Of a DNA stretch of 56,600 bases, positions 38,965-48,524 are shown one piece after another. Location of the stretch: positions 1 through 56,600 of the forward strand of contig JAPLXV010000003.1 in the NCBI GenBank assembly GCA_026395895.1, given 5' to 3'. Numbering within the stretch: the stretch's first letter is position 1; each line of letters begins with the position of its first letter. Origin of the DNA: Candidatus Nomurabacteria bacterium (GTDB lineage Bacteria; Patescibacteriota; Minisyncoccia; Phycocordibacterales; UBA9973). Below the pieces are notes generated by a model. That model worked only from the letters and a program-made list of their open reading frames with translations. It was not told the DNA's origin and ran no database searches. The position numbers and the translations under genes were made by a program.

Positions 38965-40209
38965 ATGACTTCAATTTCAAATGTAGTCTTTTATATATTG
39001 ACCTTTTTATCTGTCTACGTGCAGGTGTTTTTTCTAATTACTTTTCTTGAAAACAGAAAAAGAATAATTACCAGAAACGGAACTACAAAACTTACAAAAT
39101 ATCCCAGAGTAACAATTATTGTTCCTTCTTGGAATGAAGAAAAAACAATTTATAAAACAGTGCGTTCATTACTTGATTTAAATTATCCGAAAGACAAGGT
39201 TCAGATCTTTTTAGTAGATGATGGATCTACTGATGGCACTTTGAATGCAATTTCAAAATTTTCTAAATATCCAAATATAAAAATTTTTCATAAAGAAAAT
39301 GGCGGAAAATATACCGCTCTCAATTTAGGACTAGAACATGTTCAGACTGATTTTTTGGGTTGTCTTGATGCTGATTCTACTGCGGACCCTGAGTCTCTTG
39401 TTCGTCTTATGAGTTATTTTGAAAAAGATTCCAGCATTATGGCAGTAGCGCCTTCTCTTATCGTTAATAATTCTAAAAATATTATTCAAGGCGCCCAGAA
39501 AGCGGAATATGATTTAGGTGTTTTTGTAAAAAAGATGCTTGGTTTTTTAGGAGCCATTCATGTCACCCCTGGTCCGTTGACCATTTTTCGTAAAAAAGTT
39601 TTTGATGATTTAGGCCCATATCGTCATGCCCATAATACAGAAGATATGGAAATCGCTTACAGAATGCAAAAAAATCTTTACAAAATAGAGCAATGTAATG
39701 ATGCCTATGTTTATACCAATACTCCTTCTTCAATTAGAAATCTTTTTAGACAAAGATTACGCTGGATTTATGGATTTATAAACAACACTATTGATTATAG
39801 AAGTATTCTTTTTAGAAAGAAGTATGGTAATTTTTCTATTTTTACAATACCTTCCAGTATTATTTCTGTTTTTGCTGTTAGTTTTCTTTTCGGGAAAATG
39901 GCCTATAGTTTTGGTAATTTTATATTTTCAAAAATTTTGGAATTTCAAGCTGTTGGTTTTAGTTTTTCTAGCAAAGTAAATTATCTTGATCCATTTTTCA
40001 TCAATACTCAGTCTCTTTCTTTTATTGTTATTTTGTTATTTGCTTTTATTATTTTGTCAATAATTTTAGGTAAAAAAATGGTTGAAGGAAAATGGAGGTT
40101 TTCTTTTAATATGATTTATTTTCTTTTTGTTTTTAGTATCATTGGTCCATTTTGGCTTTTGAAAGCAATGTATAATACTCTTTTATCAAGAAAGCCGGCT
40201 TGGAGGTAG
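38965..40209 (+). CDS. Processive family 2 glycosyltransferase
   Basis: DDGSTD, DAD, TED, QRLRW plus TM helices. Confidence 0.92.
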   Translation: MTSISNVVFYILTFLSVYVQVFFLITFLENRKRIITRNGTTKLTKYPRVTIIVPSWNEEKTIYKTVRSLLDLNYPKDKVQIFLVDDGSTDGTLNAISKFSKYPNIKIFHKENGGKYTALNLGLEHVQTDFLGCLDADSTADPESLVRLMSYFEKDSSIMAVAPSLIVNNSKNIIQGAQKAEYDLGVFVKKMLGFLGAIHVTPGPLTIFRKKVFDDLGPYRHAHNTEDMEIAYRMQKNLYKIEQCNDAYVYTNTPSSIRNLFRQRLRWIYGFINNTIDYRSILFRKKYGNFSIFTIPSSIISVFAVSFLFGKMAYSFGNFIFSKILEFQAVGFSFSSKVNYLDPFFINTQSLSFIVILLFAFIILSIILGKKMVEGKWRFSFNMIYFLFVFSIIGPFWLLKAMYNTLLSRKPAWR

Positions 40210-40246
40210 GGTAGTAGAAAGTTATAAAGTAATCAGGTTATAAAGT

Positions 40247-40942
40247 ATGGAACAAAATCATCCGATAGATTGGAAAAAATATTTAATTGTGTTTTTGTTT
40301 ACAGTGGCGCTTTTTATGACTGCCAGTTATGTTAGTAATTATTTTAGTAATAAAAAAGTTGATCAACTAAAAACGATTCAGGATTCTATCTCTATTGATA
40401 TTCTTTCTTCTGAAACTCAGTTTTCTTTACTTTCAGAACTTTCTTGCAAAAATATTTCTGATTCATCTGTTCTTTCTGGTGAACTTGCCGAGCTTGGAAA
40501 TAAGCTAGAATGGGGACAACAAAATTTAGGAATGACTGATACAGTTTTATATCTGAAAAAATATTATTCTCTTCTAGAGATAAAAGATTATCTTTTATCA
40601 AAAAATATTTCTACACGTTGTAAAACAAAGGCAGCTTTTATCCTTTATTTTTATACCACAGCCCAAAATTGTAGTGAATGTGAAAAACAGGGGCTAGCCC
40701 TTTCCGCTCTCAGAGATAAATACCCAGAACTTCGTGTTTATTCTTTTGATTACAGTATTGATCTTTCAGCTGTAAAATCGATGCTTCAAATATATAAAAT
40801 ACAGGACACAAAACTACCAGCTCTAGTTGTAGATGATAATGTACTAACTGGTTTTCATGGGGTAGATGAGCTTGAGACTATGGTCAAAAACTCTTTTAAG
40901 CTTTTAGAGACAACACCTAAAGAAATTCCCAAAAAATCATAA
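40247..40942 (+). CDS. Membrane-anchored protein with a thioredoxin-like CxxC domain
   Basis: N-terminal TM; LYFY...CSEC, LPALVV. Confidence 0.6.
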   Translation: MEQNHPIDWKKYLIVFLFTVALFMTASYVSNYFSNKKVDQLKTIQDSISIDILSSETQFSLLSELSCKNISDSSVLSGELAELGNKLEWGQQNLGMTDTVLYLKKYYSLLEIKDYLLSKNISTRCKTKAAFILYFYTTAQNCSECEKQGLALSALRDKYPELRVYSFDYSIDLSAVKSMLQIYKIQDTKLPALVVDDNVLTGFHGVDELETMVKNSFKLLETTPKEIPKKS

Positions 40943-40957
40943 AGGGCAGAAAGCTAC

Positions 40958-40986
40958 TTGACTTATACCCCTAGGGGGTATATACT
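40958..40986 (+). promoter_or_regulatory. Sigma70 promoter with a CsoR-type operator in the spacer
   Basis: TTGACT-17-TATACT overlapping the palindrome TATACCCC-TAG-GGGGTATA. Confidence 0.8.
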
Positions 40987-40997
40987 AATCATTGTAT

Positions 40998-41402
40998 ATG
41001 AAATATTTACTTTCACTGGTTTTACTTGTTAGTTTTGTCGGGATAGCTATTTTTGGCTTCACTCTTTTTGCTCATGGGATGGATAGCTCTGACAATAATT
41101 GTATTACTTCTCCTATAGATGGAACAGCATGTCCAACTAGTATCGCTGCTATGACCTTGCATCACATCTCTTCTTTGCAAACCCTTTTAACATCAGTAAC
41201 CCCATCAATTTCTAACTGGCTTTTATTGCTTGCGTTTATACTTCTTATTTCGGTTTCAGTGTTTCAGTTATATAAAAATTTATTATTTCCAAAGCTAGAG
41301 CTGTTACGAAAACGCTTACATGATCTAGAAACTAATCTCTCATATAGTAAACAAAAAATTATCTCCTGGCTTTCTTTATTTGAGAATAGCCCTGCTTTCT
41401 AA
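40998..41402 (+). CDS. Hypothetical membrane protein with Cys/His cluster
   Basis: Two TM segments, C..C..HH. Confidence 0.65.
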   Translation: MKYLLSLVLLVSFVGIAIFGFTLFAHGMDSSDNNCITSPIDGTACPTSIAAMTLHHISSLQTLLTSVTPSISNWLLLLAFILLISVSVFQLYKNLLFPKLELLRKRLHDLETNLSYSKQKIISWLSLFENSPAF

Positions 41403-41501
41403 TATCGGCACGCATTAAGCGCAAGCTTTTTCGTGCTTTTTAATATCCTTTTTAAGGGTATTTTTACTAACTCTAATTAATAAATCTATGCAAAAAATTA
41501 T

Positions 41502-42368
41502 ATGGAAACACTTGTAGGAACATCATTAATAGCAGCGTTCGTGGCAGGAGTCGCTGCGCTCTTTGCTCCATGTTGCATCACAGTACTTCTCCCATCTTAC
41601 TTGGGGAATATATTCAGAGAAAAATACAAAATATTCTTTATGACCTTTGTATTTTTCTTGGGAGTGGCGACAGTTTTCTTGCCAATCGGATTAGGGGCAT
41701 CTTTCTTAGCTCAAGCATTTAGCAAATATCACAACATAATATTTACCGTTGGGGGAATCTTCTTACTTGTGCTTGGAATAACAATGCTTTTTGGCAAAAA
41801 GTTTTCTACTCCGACATCTGTTCGTGACGGAATGAAAAAGCACGTTTCATCAATCTATGTTCTTGGTATCTTCTCTGCGATAGCTACTACTTGTTGCGCG
41901 CCAGTATTGGCTGGAGTGCTGACACTATCTGTAGCAAGTGGAACAATTGCTTGGGGGTTACTCTATACCCTAGCTTATGTCATAGGTATGACCTTGCCGT
42001 TGTTTATAATTGCGGCGTTTCTCGACAAATTTAATCTAACCGAAAAATTCACTGGAATAAAGAAAACTATCCCAATGAAAATTGGAGGTTTCAGTTGGCA
42101 GATTACTATTTCAGAGTTAATCTCTGGATTAATCTTTCTTTTGATGGGTGGTTATATAACCTTCCTGGCCTTCAGTAATAAGTTATTTGTCCATTCGGAT
42201 TATCAATTAGAAATGAATCTGTGGAATGCCAAATTCTTGGGAGCAATAAATGGCTTTACGTCTTTGATTCCCGAATACATCTGGGCATTTCTACTTATCG
42301 GAATAGTCGTAGGTATATCTTACTTATTTATTAAACAATATAAAAAACAAAAATATGAGCAAAAATAA
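41502..42368 (+). CDS. CcdA/DsbD-family membrane redox protein
   Basis: FAPCC, TCCAPVL, multiple TM segments. Confidence 0.85.
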   Translation: METLVGTSLIAAFVAGVAALFAPCCITVLLPSYLGNIFREKYKIFFMTFVFFLGVATVFLPIGLGASFLAQAFSKYHNIIFTVGGIFLLVLGITMLFGKKFSTPTSVRDGMKKHVSSIYVLGIFSAIATTCCAPVLAGVLTLSVASGTIAWGLLYTLAYVIGMTLPLFIIAAFLDKFNLTEKFTGIKKTIPMKIGGFSWQITISELISGLIFLLMGGYITFLAFSNKLFVHSDYQLEMNLWNAKFLGAINGFTSLIPEYIWAFLLIGIVVGISYLFIKQYKKQKYEQK

Positions 42369-43020
42369 TAACAATGAAAAATCACCGATAGTGTCAATTA
42401 TTATAGTTTCGGTTGTGGTTTTGGGTCTAGGATATTTCTTGTTTAAGAGTTCTCCTGATAATTCACAAGCAAAGCAAAATGTTGTTAATAACACAAATGC
42501 AAATGTAGACAATATGCATGGCGGTGGAGCAGTTGCTAATAGTGAGGGATTAAACGCTCTTGTGGAAAAACCAATACCAGATATTCAGCTGTCAGACAAA
42601 GATGGAAAAATATATACAACCTCAGACTTCAAAGGAAAAAACACAGTTCTGTTCTTTAACGAGGGCTTGATGTGCTATCCGGCTTGTTGGAATCAAATGG
42701 CGTCATTCGGCAGCGATCCAAGGTTTAATAGCGATCAAATTCAAGCTATATCAGTCGTAGTTGACTCTCCGAGAGATTGGCAGACAGCTATAGCTAAAAT
42801 GCCACAGCTTGCGAAAGCAAACACAATGTTTGATACAAATGCCAATACTTCAAGGCAGATGGGTATGTTGACTACAGCTTCCTCAATGCATCGAGGATCA
42901 TTGCCAGGACATACTTACGTGATAATAAATAAAGAAGGTGTAGTTAAATATGTGTTTGATGATCCAAACATGGCGATAGCGAACGATATGCTTTTTAAAA
43001 GAATCGGTGAATTACAATAA
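42355..43020 (+). CDS. Membrane-anchored AhpC/TSA-like redoxin
   Basis: PDIQLSD, VLFF...CYPAC, YVIINKEGVVKY. Confidence 0.8.
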   Translation: MSKNNNNEKSPIVSIIIVSVVVLGLGYFLFKSSPDNSQAKQNVVNNTNANVDNMHGGGAVANSEGLNALVEKPIPDIQLSDKDGKIYTTSDFKGKNTVLFFNEGLMCYPACWNQMASFGSDPRFNSDQIQAISVVVDSPRDWQTAIAKMPQLAKANTMFDTNANTSRQMGMLTTASSMHRGSLPGHTYVIINKEGVVKYVFDDPNMAIANDMLFKRIGELQ

Positions 43021-43032
43021 TAAATCAAAAAT

Positions 43033-43950
43033 ATGGAAAACAAAAATGAAGTAAAAGAAGAAATAAAAAAGGAAAACAATCTGCCTCCAATAACAAGTAT
43101 TATCATTGTAATAGCTTTAATTATCGGAGCTGTCGTTTACACAACACTATTAAAGAATCAGGGAGAGTTAGGAAATTCACATCCTGCAAAATTAAGCGCC
43201 GAACAACAAAGGGAAATTTCACAAAACGGCATAGAGTTGCCTGTGAAATGGGGAAACTTGGGAGTACAAATGACAGAAGCGGGTGTGATTGATAAAGTAC
43301 AGTTTGAAAATCTATACAGCCAAAGAGGTGGCTTAAGTGAAGCAGATAAAAAGTTGCTTGAGAGTGTTGATAATGGGAATCTTGTAATTAACTCCGAAAA
43401 TTCTGGAGTAATCTTAAATATGCTTTGGGCTTTAGGATTGGGAAATAAAAATCCTGTGCTTGAAAATGGTCCGATGATGGACCCTAAGTATGGAGGGGCT
43501 GGAAATTTTGCCTCGACTGGTGGATGGACATTGGCAAATGGTAAAGCGATGTCTCACTACAGCATGCACAAATTCATAACCTTGACGGCAGAACAACAAG
43601 CATTAGTGGAAAAAATCGCTAAAAATATTTACCGACCTTGTTGTGGAAACTCAACATATTTTCCGGATTGCAATCACGGCATGGCTATGCTCGGATTATT
43701 GGAACTCATGGCTTCACAAGGAGTGTCTGAAGCAGATATGTATAAAGTTGCGTTACAAGTAAATACCTTCTGGTTCCCTGATCAATACGCGGCGATTAAA
43801 ACCTTCGTGACCTCTCAAGGTGTTGATTGGAATACTGTTGATCCAAATAAAATTCTGGGAGCTGAATATTCCTCTGCTGCTGGCATTCAAAAAGTAATGT
43901 CGCAAGTAAAACCACAAGAACAGAAGGGCGGAGCAGGTTGCGGAGCTTAA
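43033..43950 (+). CDS. Hypothetical exported protein with a PCC...DCNHG metal-binding motif
   Basis: YRPCCGNSTYFPDCNHGMA; C-terminal GCG. Confidence 0.7.
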   Translation: MENKNEVKEEIKKENNLPPITSIIIVIALIIGAVVYTTLLKNQGELGNSHPAKLSAEQQREISQNGIELPVKWGNLGVQMTEAGVIDKVQFENLYSQRGGLSEADKKLLESVDNGNLVINSENSGVILNMLWALGLGNKNPVLENGPMMDPKYGGAGNFASTGGWTLANGKAMSHYSMHKFITLTAEQQALVEKIAKNIYRPCCGNSTYFPDCNHGMAMLGLLELMASQGVSEADMYKVALQVNTFWFPDQYAAIKTFVTSQGVDWNTVDPNKILGAEYSSAAGIQKVMSQVKPQEQKGGAGCGA

Positions 43951-43975
43951 ATTATTATTAATTAACATCAATATT

Positions 43976-44506
43976 ATGAAAACGGAAAACAAGGTGTTTA
44001 TAGGCATTGGCTTGTTAACGCTGATTATCATAATCGGTGGTGTTTGGTTATCTAATAAAGAAGAAGTTCAAAATCAGGAGAAGCTGAGCAAGCCCATGAT
44101 GGGTGAAAAGATTCCTGATATGGGAGGTGAACATGTGGCTCGTGGAGCTACACATTCGGCATACAATTCAAATCCTCCAACTTCAGGCCCTCATTGGGCT
44201 GATGTAGCAGGACCTGGAATTAAGGATGAACCTATACCTGACGAGCTTGTTCTTCATAGCATGGAACATGGAGCAGTAGTAATTTGGTATAAAGAAGGGT
44301 TAGAACAAAGTCGAGTAAATAGAATAAAAGAAGTATTTAATCATTTTCTTGGAAAGAAAATAATGTTGCCTCGTAAGGATCTAGATGTGCCAGTTGCGCT
44401 AACGTCATGGGGCTATCTCTTAAAATTAAATACTGTTGATGAACAGGCAATGATAGAATTTATGCAAACTAACAGCGACAGAGGACCAGAACAGGCGCCA
44501 ATTTAA
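43976..44506 (+). CDS. DUF3105 family protein
   Basis: YNSNPPTSGPH, HSMEHGAVVIWY, ALTSWG. Confidence 0.85.
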   Translation: MKTENKVFIGIGLLTLIIIIGGVWLSNKEEVQNQEKLSKPMMGEKIPDMGGEHVARGATHSAYNSNPPTSGPHWADVAGPGIKDEPIPDELVLHSMEHGAVVIWYKEGLEQSRVNRIKEVFNHFLGKKIMLPRKDLDVPVALTSWGYLLKLNTVDEQAMIEFMQTNSDRGPEQAPI

Positions 44507-44510
44507 GAAT

Positions 44511-44539
44511 TTGACAAATAGGGGGTGGGGGTATAGAGT
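44511..44539 (+). promoter_or_regulatory. Promoter with a G-tract CsoR-type operator upstream of csoR
   Basis: TTGACA-17-TAGAGT with ATAGGGGGTGGGGGTAT in the spacer. Confidence 0.65.
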
Positions 44540-44579
44540 ATAGGTAAGGTCGAGCTTATACATTAACTTATAGAAACTT

Positions 44580-44852
44580 ATGTTAGATCAAAAATTAAAA
44601 AATAAAGCGCTCCACCGAGCAAAAATTATACACGGTCAGCTTGGCGGATTAATAAAGGCAATTGAAGAAGAAAAGTATTGTATTAATTTGATAACACAAT
44701 CTCGATCAATACAGCTTTCTTTAAAGAGCATGGACAGATTGCTTCTCGCCAATCATCTTAGTGGTCATGTAAAACATATGCTCAATGACACCAAACAGGA
44801 ATCTAAGGCGATTAAAGAACTGGTCGACTTGTACGCGTTATCAAATAAATAA
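44580..44852 (+). CDS. csoR: CsoR/RcnR-family metal-sensing repressor
   Basis: RAKIIHGQLGGL...EEKYCINLITQ...HLSGHV. Confidence 0.85.
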   Translation: MLDQKLKNKALHRAKIIHGQLGGLIKAIEEEKYCINLITQSRSIQLSLKSMDRLLLANHLSGHVKHMLNDTKQESKAIKELVDLYALSNK

Positions 44853-44863
44853 AATAAATTATT

Positions 44864-45100
44864 ATGTACGGGATATATAATGGATGGGGTGTAGGTAATA
44901 TGATGGGTTGGTTTGGAGGTGGAATCATGATGATTTTGTTTTGGGCGGCAGTTATTTATTTCATTGTTTGGTTTATTCGCAATAATAAAGCAAACGGAGT
45001 GGATGATAAAAAAGCTCTAGATATTCTGAAAGAGAGATACGCCAAGGGTGAAATAGATAAAAAAGAATTCGAGGAAAAGAAAAAAGATTTAATTTCTTAG
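44864..45100 (+). CDS. SHOCT-domain membrane protein
   Basis: ALDILKERYAKGEIDKKEFEEKK. Confidence 0.85.
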   Translation: MYGIYNGWGVGNMMGWFGGGIMMILFWAAVIYFIVWFIRNNKANGVDDKKALDILKERYAKGEIDKKEFEEKKKDLIS

Positions 45101-45142
45101 AAAACATAAGTTTAATAAAAAATAATAATTAAGTAATATATT

Positions 45143-45418
45143 ATGCACGATCATAATAATGGAAAAGGTAATAATAGCATGCTGTGGATGATGCTCCCAT
45201 GTATTCTTTTGATAGTGGTTGTACTTTTTGGTGGAGGAAAATTAGTTGCATCAAATTATCTCTGGTTGGTTATTCTCGGTGTCTGCGTAGTTCCTCATCT
45301 TTGGATGATGTTTAAAGGAGGACATGGTGGACATAATGATAATACTGAAAATAAAATGGATGATATCCAAACAAAAAATGAAAATGATAAATCTAAACAT
45401 AGTGGTGGTTGTCACTAA
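45143..45418 (+). CDS. Small His-rich membrane protein (DUF2933-like)
   Basis: LGVCVVPHLWMM..GHGGH, C-terminal GGCH. Confidence 0.65.
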   Translation: MHDHNNGKGNNSMLWMMLPCILLIVVVLFGGGKLVASNYLWLVILGVCVVPHLWMMFKGGHGGHNDNTENKMDDIQTKNENDKSKHSGGCH

Positions 45419-45449
45419 AAATTAACAATTAATTAAAACACATAAATTT

Positions 45450-45620
45450 ATGTTTAATATATTTAAAGAAAAGTGTCCAGTTTGTAAAATGGAACTGGAA
45501 AAAGAAAAAGATTATCCTATGGAATCTGGTAAAAAGTTTTGTTCTGAGAATTGTAAAGAAGAATACGGAAAACAATCTGAAACACAGTCACATCATTCTA
45601 GTGGTGGCTGTTGTCATTAA
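45450..45620 (+). CDS. YHS/TRASH-like metal-binding protein (56 aa, not in ORF track)
   Basis: KCPVCKM...FCSENC...HHSSGGCCH. Confidence 0.8.
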   Translation: MFNIFKEKCPVCKMELEKEKDYPMESGKKFCSENCKEEYGKQSETQSHHSSGGCCH

Positions 45621-45661
45621 AAGTTAAAAATATTATTAATTTTGCTTTAACAAAAAATTAT

Positions 45662-45862
45662 ATGAATCAAAATTTAGGAAAACTAGACAGAATTTTTAGG
45701 TTTATCTTGGGAATATTGTGGCTTAGCCCGATGGCTCCGCAATTTAATGCTCCTTGGGCAAATACACTTGTTTTTATTGTGGCCTTAATTGCGCTTGTCG
45801 AAAGTTTTCTTGGTTGGTGCGGACTTCACAGTTTCTTTAAGATAGATAATGAGAATCAGTAA
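45662..45862 (+). CDS. DUF2892/YgaP-like membrane protein
   Basis: NLGKLDRIFRFILG...GWC. Confidence 0.75.
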   Translation: MNQNLGKLDRIFRFILGILWLSPMAPQFNAPWANTLVFIVALIALVESFLGWCGLHSFFKIDNENQ

Positions 45863-46503
45863 TGGAAAACTCTTACGGCCTCTGGCCATTGGTCATTATA
45901 AATTCGCTGGTTTTTATTATCTTTGCTTTTAGTTTTACTAAACCAAAGACTTCTCGAGACTGGCGTTCATTTGGCGGATTCTCGGCATTTATTGTTGCTC
46001 TATTCACAGAGATGTATGGTTTTCCTCTGACGATTTATTTATTTTCTGGTTGGCTTTCTTCTAAATTTCCTAATGTTGATTTCTTTGCGCACAATTCAGG
46101 GCATCTTTTTGAAGATTTCTTCGGCTGGAGCGGTGATCCGCATTTCGGGCCATTCCATATTGCAAGCTATATTTTAATCATATATGGCTTCACACTTCTC
46201 TCTATGGCATGGAAGATTCTTTATAAAGCTCAAAGTGAACACACCTTAGCCATTACTGGATCTTATGCTTACATTCGTCATCCGCAATATATTGGTTTTA
46301 TGCTGATTATGTTTGGATTCTTCTTGCAATGGCCGACACTTCTTACGTTAGTCATGTTCCCGATTCTTGTATGGATGTACACACGACTTGCTAAAAGCGA
46401 GGAGAAAGATTCTCAAAAAGAATTTGGAGAATTGTGGAATGAGTATGCAGAAAAAACTCCAGCATTTATTCCCCAATGGAAAAAATTAACAGCTAATTCT
46501 TAA
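45862..46503 (+). CDS. Isoprenylcysteine carboxyl methyltransferase family membrane protein
   Basis: EMYGFPLTIY, YIRHPQY, EE...FG...Y..KTPAFIP. Confidence 0.85.
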   Translation: MENSYGLWPLVIINSLVFIIFAFSFTKPKTSRDWRSFGGFSAFIVALFTEMYGFPLTIYLFSGWLSSKFPNVDFFAHNSGHLFEDFFGWSGDPHFGPFHIASYILIIYGFTLLSMAWKILYKAQSEHTLAITGSYAYIRHPQYIGFMLIMFGFFLQWPTLLTLVMFPILVWMYTRLAKSEEKDSQKEFGELWNEYAEKTPAFIPQWKKLTANS

Positions 46504-46508
46504 ATTAT

Positions 46509-46721
46509 ATGGAAAACAGAATTAAATCATTAATTAAAAAATTAAGCAGGCTTGGCTATCATGTTAGGCCAAAAAATAATACCAAAATAGATCCTGTGTG
46601 TGGAATGAAAGTATCAAGTGATTTGTTAAAGACTGATTATCAAGGAGAAAGTTATTTTTTCTGTGCAGAACATTGCAAAGAGCAGTTTGATAAGGATCCT
46701 GAAATCTATATCTTGAAATAG
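46509..46721 (+). CDS. YHS domain protein
   Basis: DPVCGM...YFFCAEHCKEQFDKDPE. Confidence 0.88.
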   Translation: MENRIKSLIKKLSRLGYHVRPKNNTKIDPVCGMKVSSDLLKTDYQGESYFFCAEHCKEQFDKDPEIYILK

Positions 46722-46723
46722 TT

Positions 46724-47164
46724 ATGATAAATAAAACAAAACCAATTTTATATGGAACATTGGCAAGCGCAATTCTGCTCGGAGTTTATTTTGCGGTGCT
46801 TACATTGGTTTCTGGGTGGAATTTTACCCTGAGTCAATTTACAGATTACTGGTATTTTGTTGTCAGTTTGGCTATAGGTTTCGGAATTCAAATTGCATTG
46901 TATCAATACATTAAAAATTTGGTACATAGCGGAAAAGGCATGGGAAAAGTAGTTGGAGTATCTGGGACTACCTCTACTGCAGCTATGATTTCTTGCTGTG
47001 CGCACTATTTAGTGAATCTAGTGCCTATCATAGGAGTGACGGGACTTGCAACATTCGCGGCGCAATATCAAGTAAAGTTGTTTTGGGTTGGAATTTTCTT
47101 TAATGTGGTCGGGATTGCGTACATGACAAGTAGAATTATTAAAATAAAAAAAGATTATGAATAA
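46724..47164 (+). CDS. Membrane protein with CCAH motif
   Basis: AMISCCAHY; about 4 TM segments. Confidence 0.7.
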   Translation: MINKTKPILYGTLASAILLGVYFAVLTLVSGWNFTLSQFTDYWYFVVSLAIGFGIQIALYQYIKNLVHSGKGMGKVVGVSGTTSTAAMISCCAHYLVNLVPIIGVTGLATFAAQYQVKLFWVGIFFNVVGIAYMTSRIIKIKKDYE

Positions 47165-47627
47165 TAAAAATCTAATAATACTCACATTAATACTTGCTTT
47201 CTTGGGAGGATTTCTCTTTTTCTATCGTAGTAATTCTGCAAAACAAATAACTCCTATTTTCAATCAAGCGAATCAGCAAACAACTAATGCTAAACAAAGT
47301 TGGGAAACAAAAACCGATGAAAAAGAGAATGTAACAGTAATTATTACTCCCATAGATTTATCATCAGATTATAAAGAATGGAAATTTGATGTCATTATGA
47401 ACACCCATTCAGTTGAATTAGATCAAGATATGATAAAATCTGTGATTCTTGTGGATGATGCTGGAAAAGAATACAAACCAATAGCTTGGGATGGACAAGT
47501 TGGAGGACATCATAGAGAAGGTGTGTTAATATTTAATCAAGTAACACCAATGCCAAAATCTGTCGAATTAAAAATTTCTGGTATTGGGGAGATAGTTAGA
47601 AGTTTTACTTGGAAATTAAATAAATAA
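47157..47627 (+). CDS. Hypothetical membrane-anchored protein
   Basis: N-terminal TM; MNTHSVEL and GGHHREG. Confidence 0.7.
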   Translation: MNNKNLIILTLILAFLGGFLFFYRSNSAKQITPIFNQANQQTTNAKQSWETKTDEKENVTVIITPIDLSSDYKEWKFDVIMNTHSVELDQDMIKSVILVDDAGKEYKPIAWDGQVGGHHREGVLIFNQVTPMPKSVELKISGIGEIVRSFTWKLNK

Positions 47628-47628
47628 T

Positions 47629-48321
47629 ATGCAATATATCTGGTTAATTTGGAGCTTAATATTAGTTGTGATTTGGCTAGTTATTTATGTCTCTCTCGGT
47701 TCTAAAAAGGCCCAAAAAGAGATGCTGATAGTTAGTCTATGGACATCGCTTCTTGGTTTCACTGAGCCCCTTTTTGTTCCGTCATATTGGTCTCCGCCAT
47801 CTTTGTTTAATCTTGCTCTGCAAACAGGATTCGACATAGAAAGCTTGATTTTTTCTTTTGGTATCGGAGGTATTGCAATTATTTTATACAATAAAATTTT
47901 TCACAGGCAGGACATTTCTATGCCAATGAAAGATCATTATTCATCCAGGCATAAATTTCATATGTGGGCACTTATTTCCACGCCAATAATTCTTATCTTA
48001 CTCTTAATTACAACAAATTTAAATCCTTTACATTCAGCAATTATTGCTATGATCATCGGCGGACTAGCCACATGGTATTGCAGGCCAGATTTGAAGAAAA
48101 AAATGATCGTAAGCGCATTTATATTTTTTATTCTTTATTTTTTCTATTTCCTGACACTTATAGCAATTTCACCTGGTTATGTTGAGCAAGTTTGGAATCT
48201 TAAAGCCATTTCCGGGATTTTAATCATTGGAATTCCTCTTGAAGAACTATTGTTTGCTTTCAGTTTCGGTTTTTTGTGGTCGAGTGTGTATGAACATATT
48301 ACTTGGAAAAAATTAATATAA
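47629..48321 (+). CDS. Lycopene-cyclase-domain-like membrane protein
   Basis: Multi-TM; GIPLEELLF. Confidence 0.65.
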   Translation: MQYIWLIWSLILVVIWLVIYVSLGSKKAQKEMLIVSLWTSLLGFTEPLFVPSYWSPPSLFNLALQTGFDIESLIFSFGIGGIAIILYNKIFHRQDISMPMKDHYSSRHKFHMWALISTPIILILLLITTNLNPLHSAIIAMIIGGLATWYCRPDLKKKMIVSAFIFFILYFFYFLTLIAISPGYVEQVWNLKAISGILIIGIPLEELLFAFSFGFLWSSVYEHITWKKLI

Positions 48322-48331
48322 ATATAAATTT

Positions 48332-48496
48332 ATGGATCCTAAAAACGATAATTATGAAACCAACGAAAAATTATTCCAATGTCCCGAGTGCGGTTTGTAT
48401 TACAAAGAAAGTGAATGGGCGGAAAAATGCGAAGTATGGTGCAAAGAACACAAAAGTTGCAACCTTGAAATTATAAGTCATTCGGTCATGTTATAA
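48332..48496 (+). CDS. Small Cys-rich protein (54 aa, not in ORF track)
   Basis: FQCPECGLYY...AEKCEVWCKEHKSC. Confidence 0.75.
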   Translation: MDPKNDNYETNEKLFQCPECGLYYKESEWAEKCEVWCKEHKSCNLEIISHSVML

Positions 48497-48524
48497 TATA
48501 TAAATTAAAATAAATAAAAAAAAG

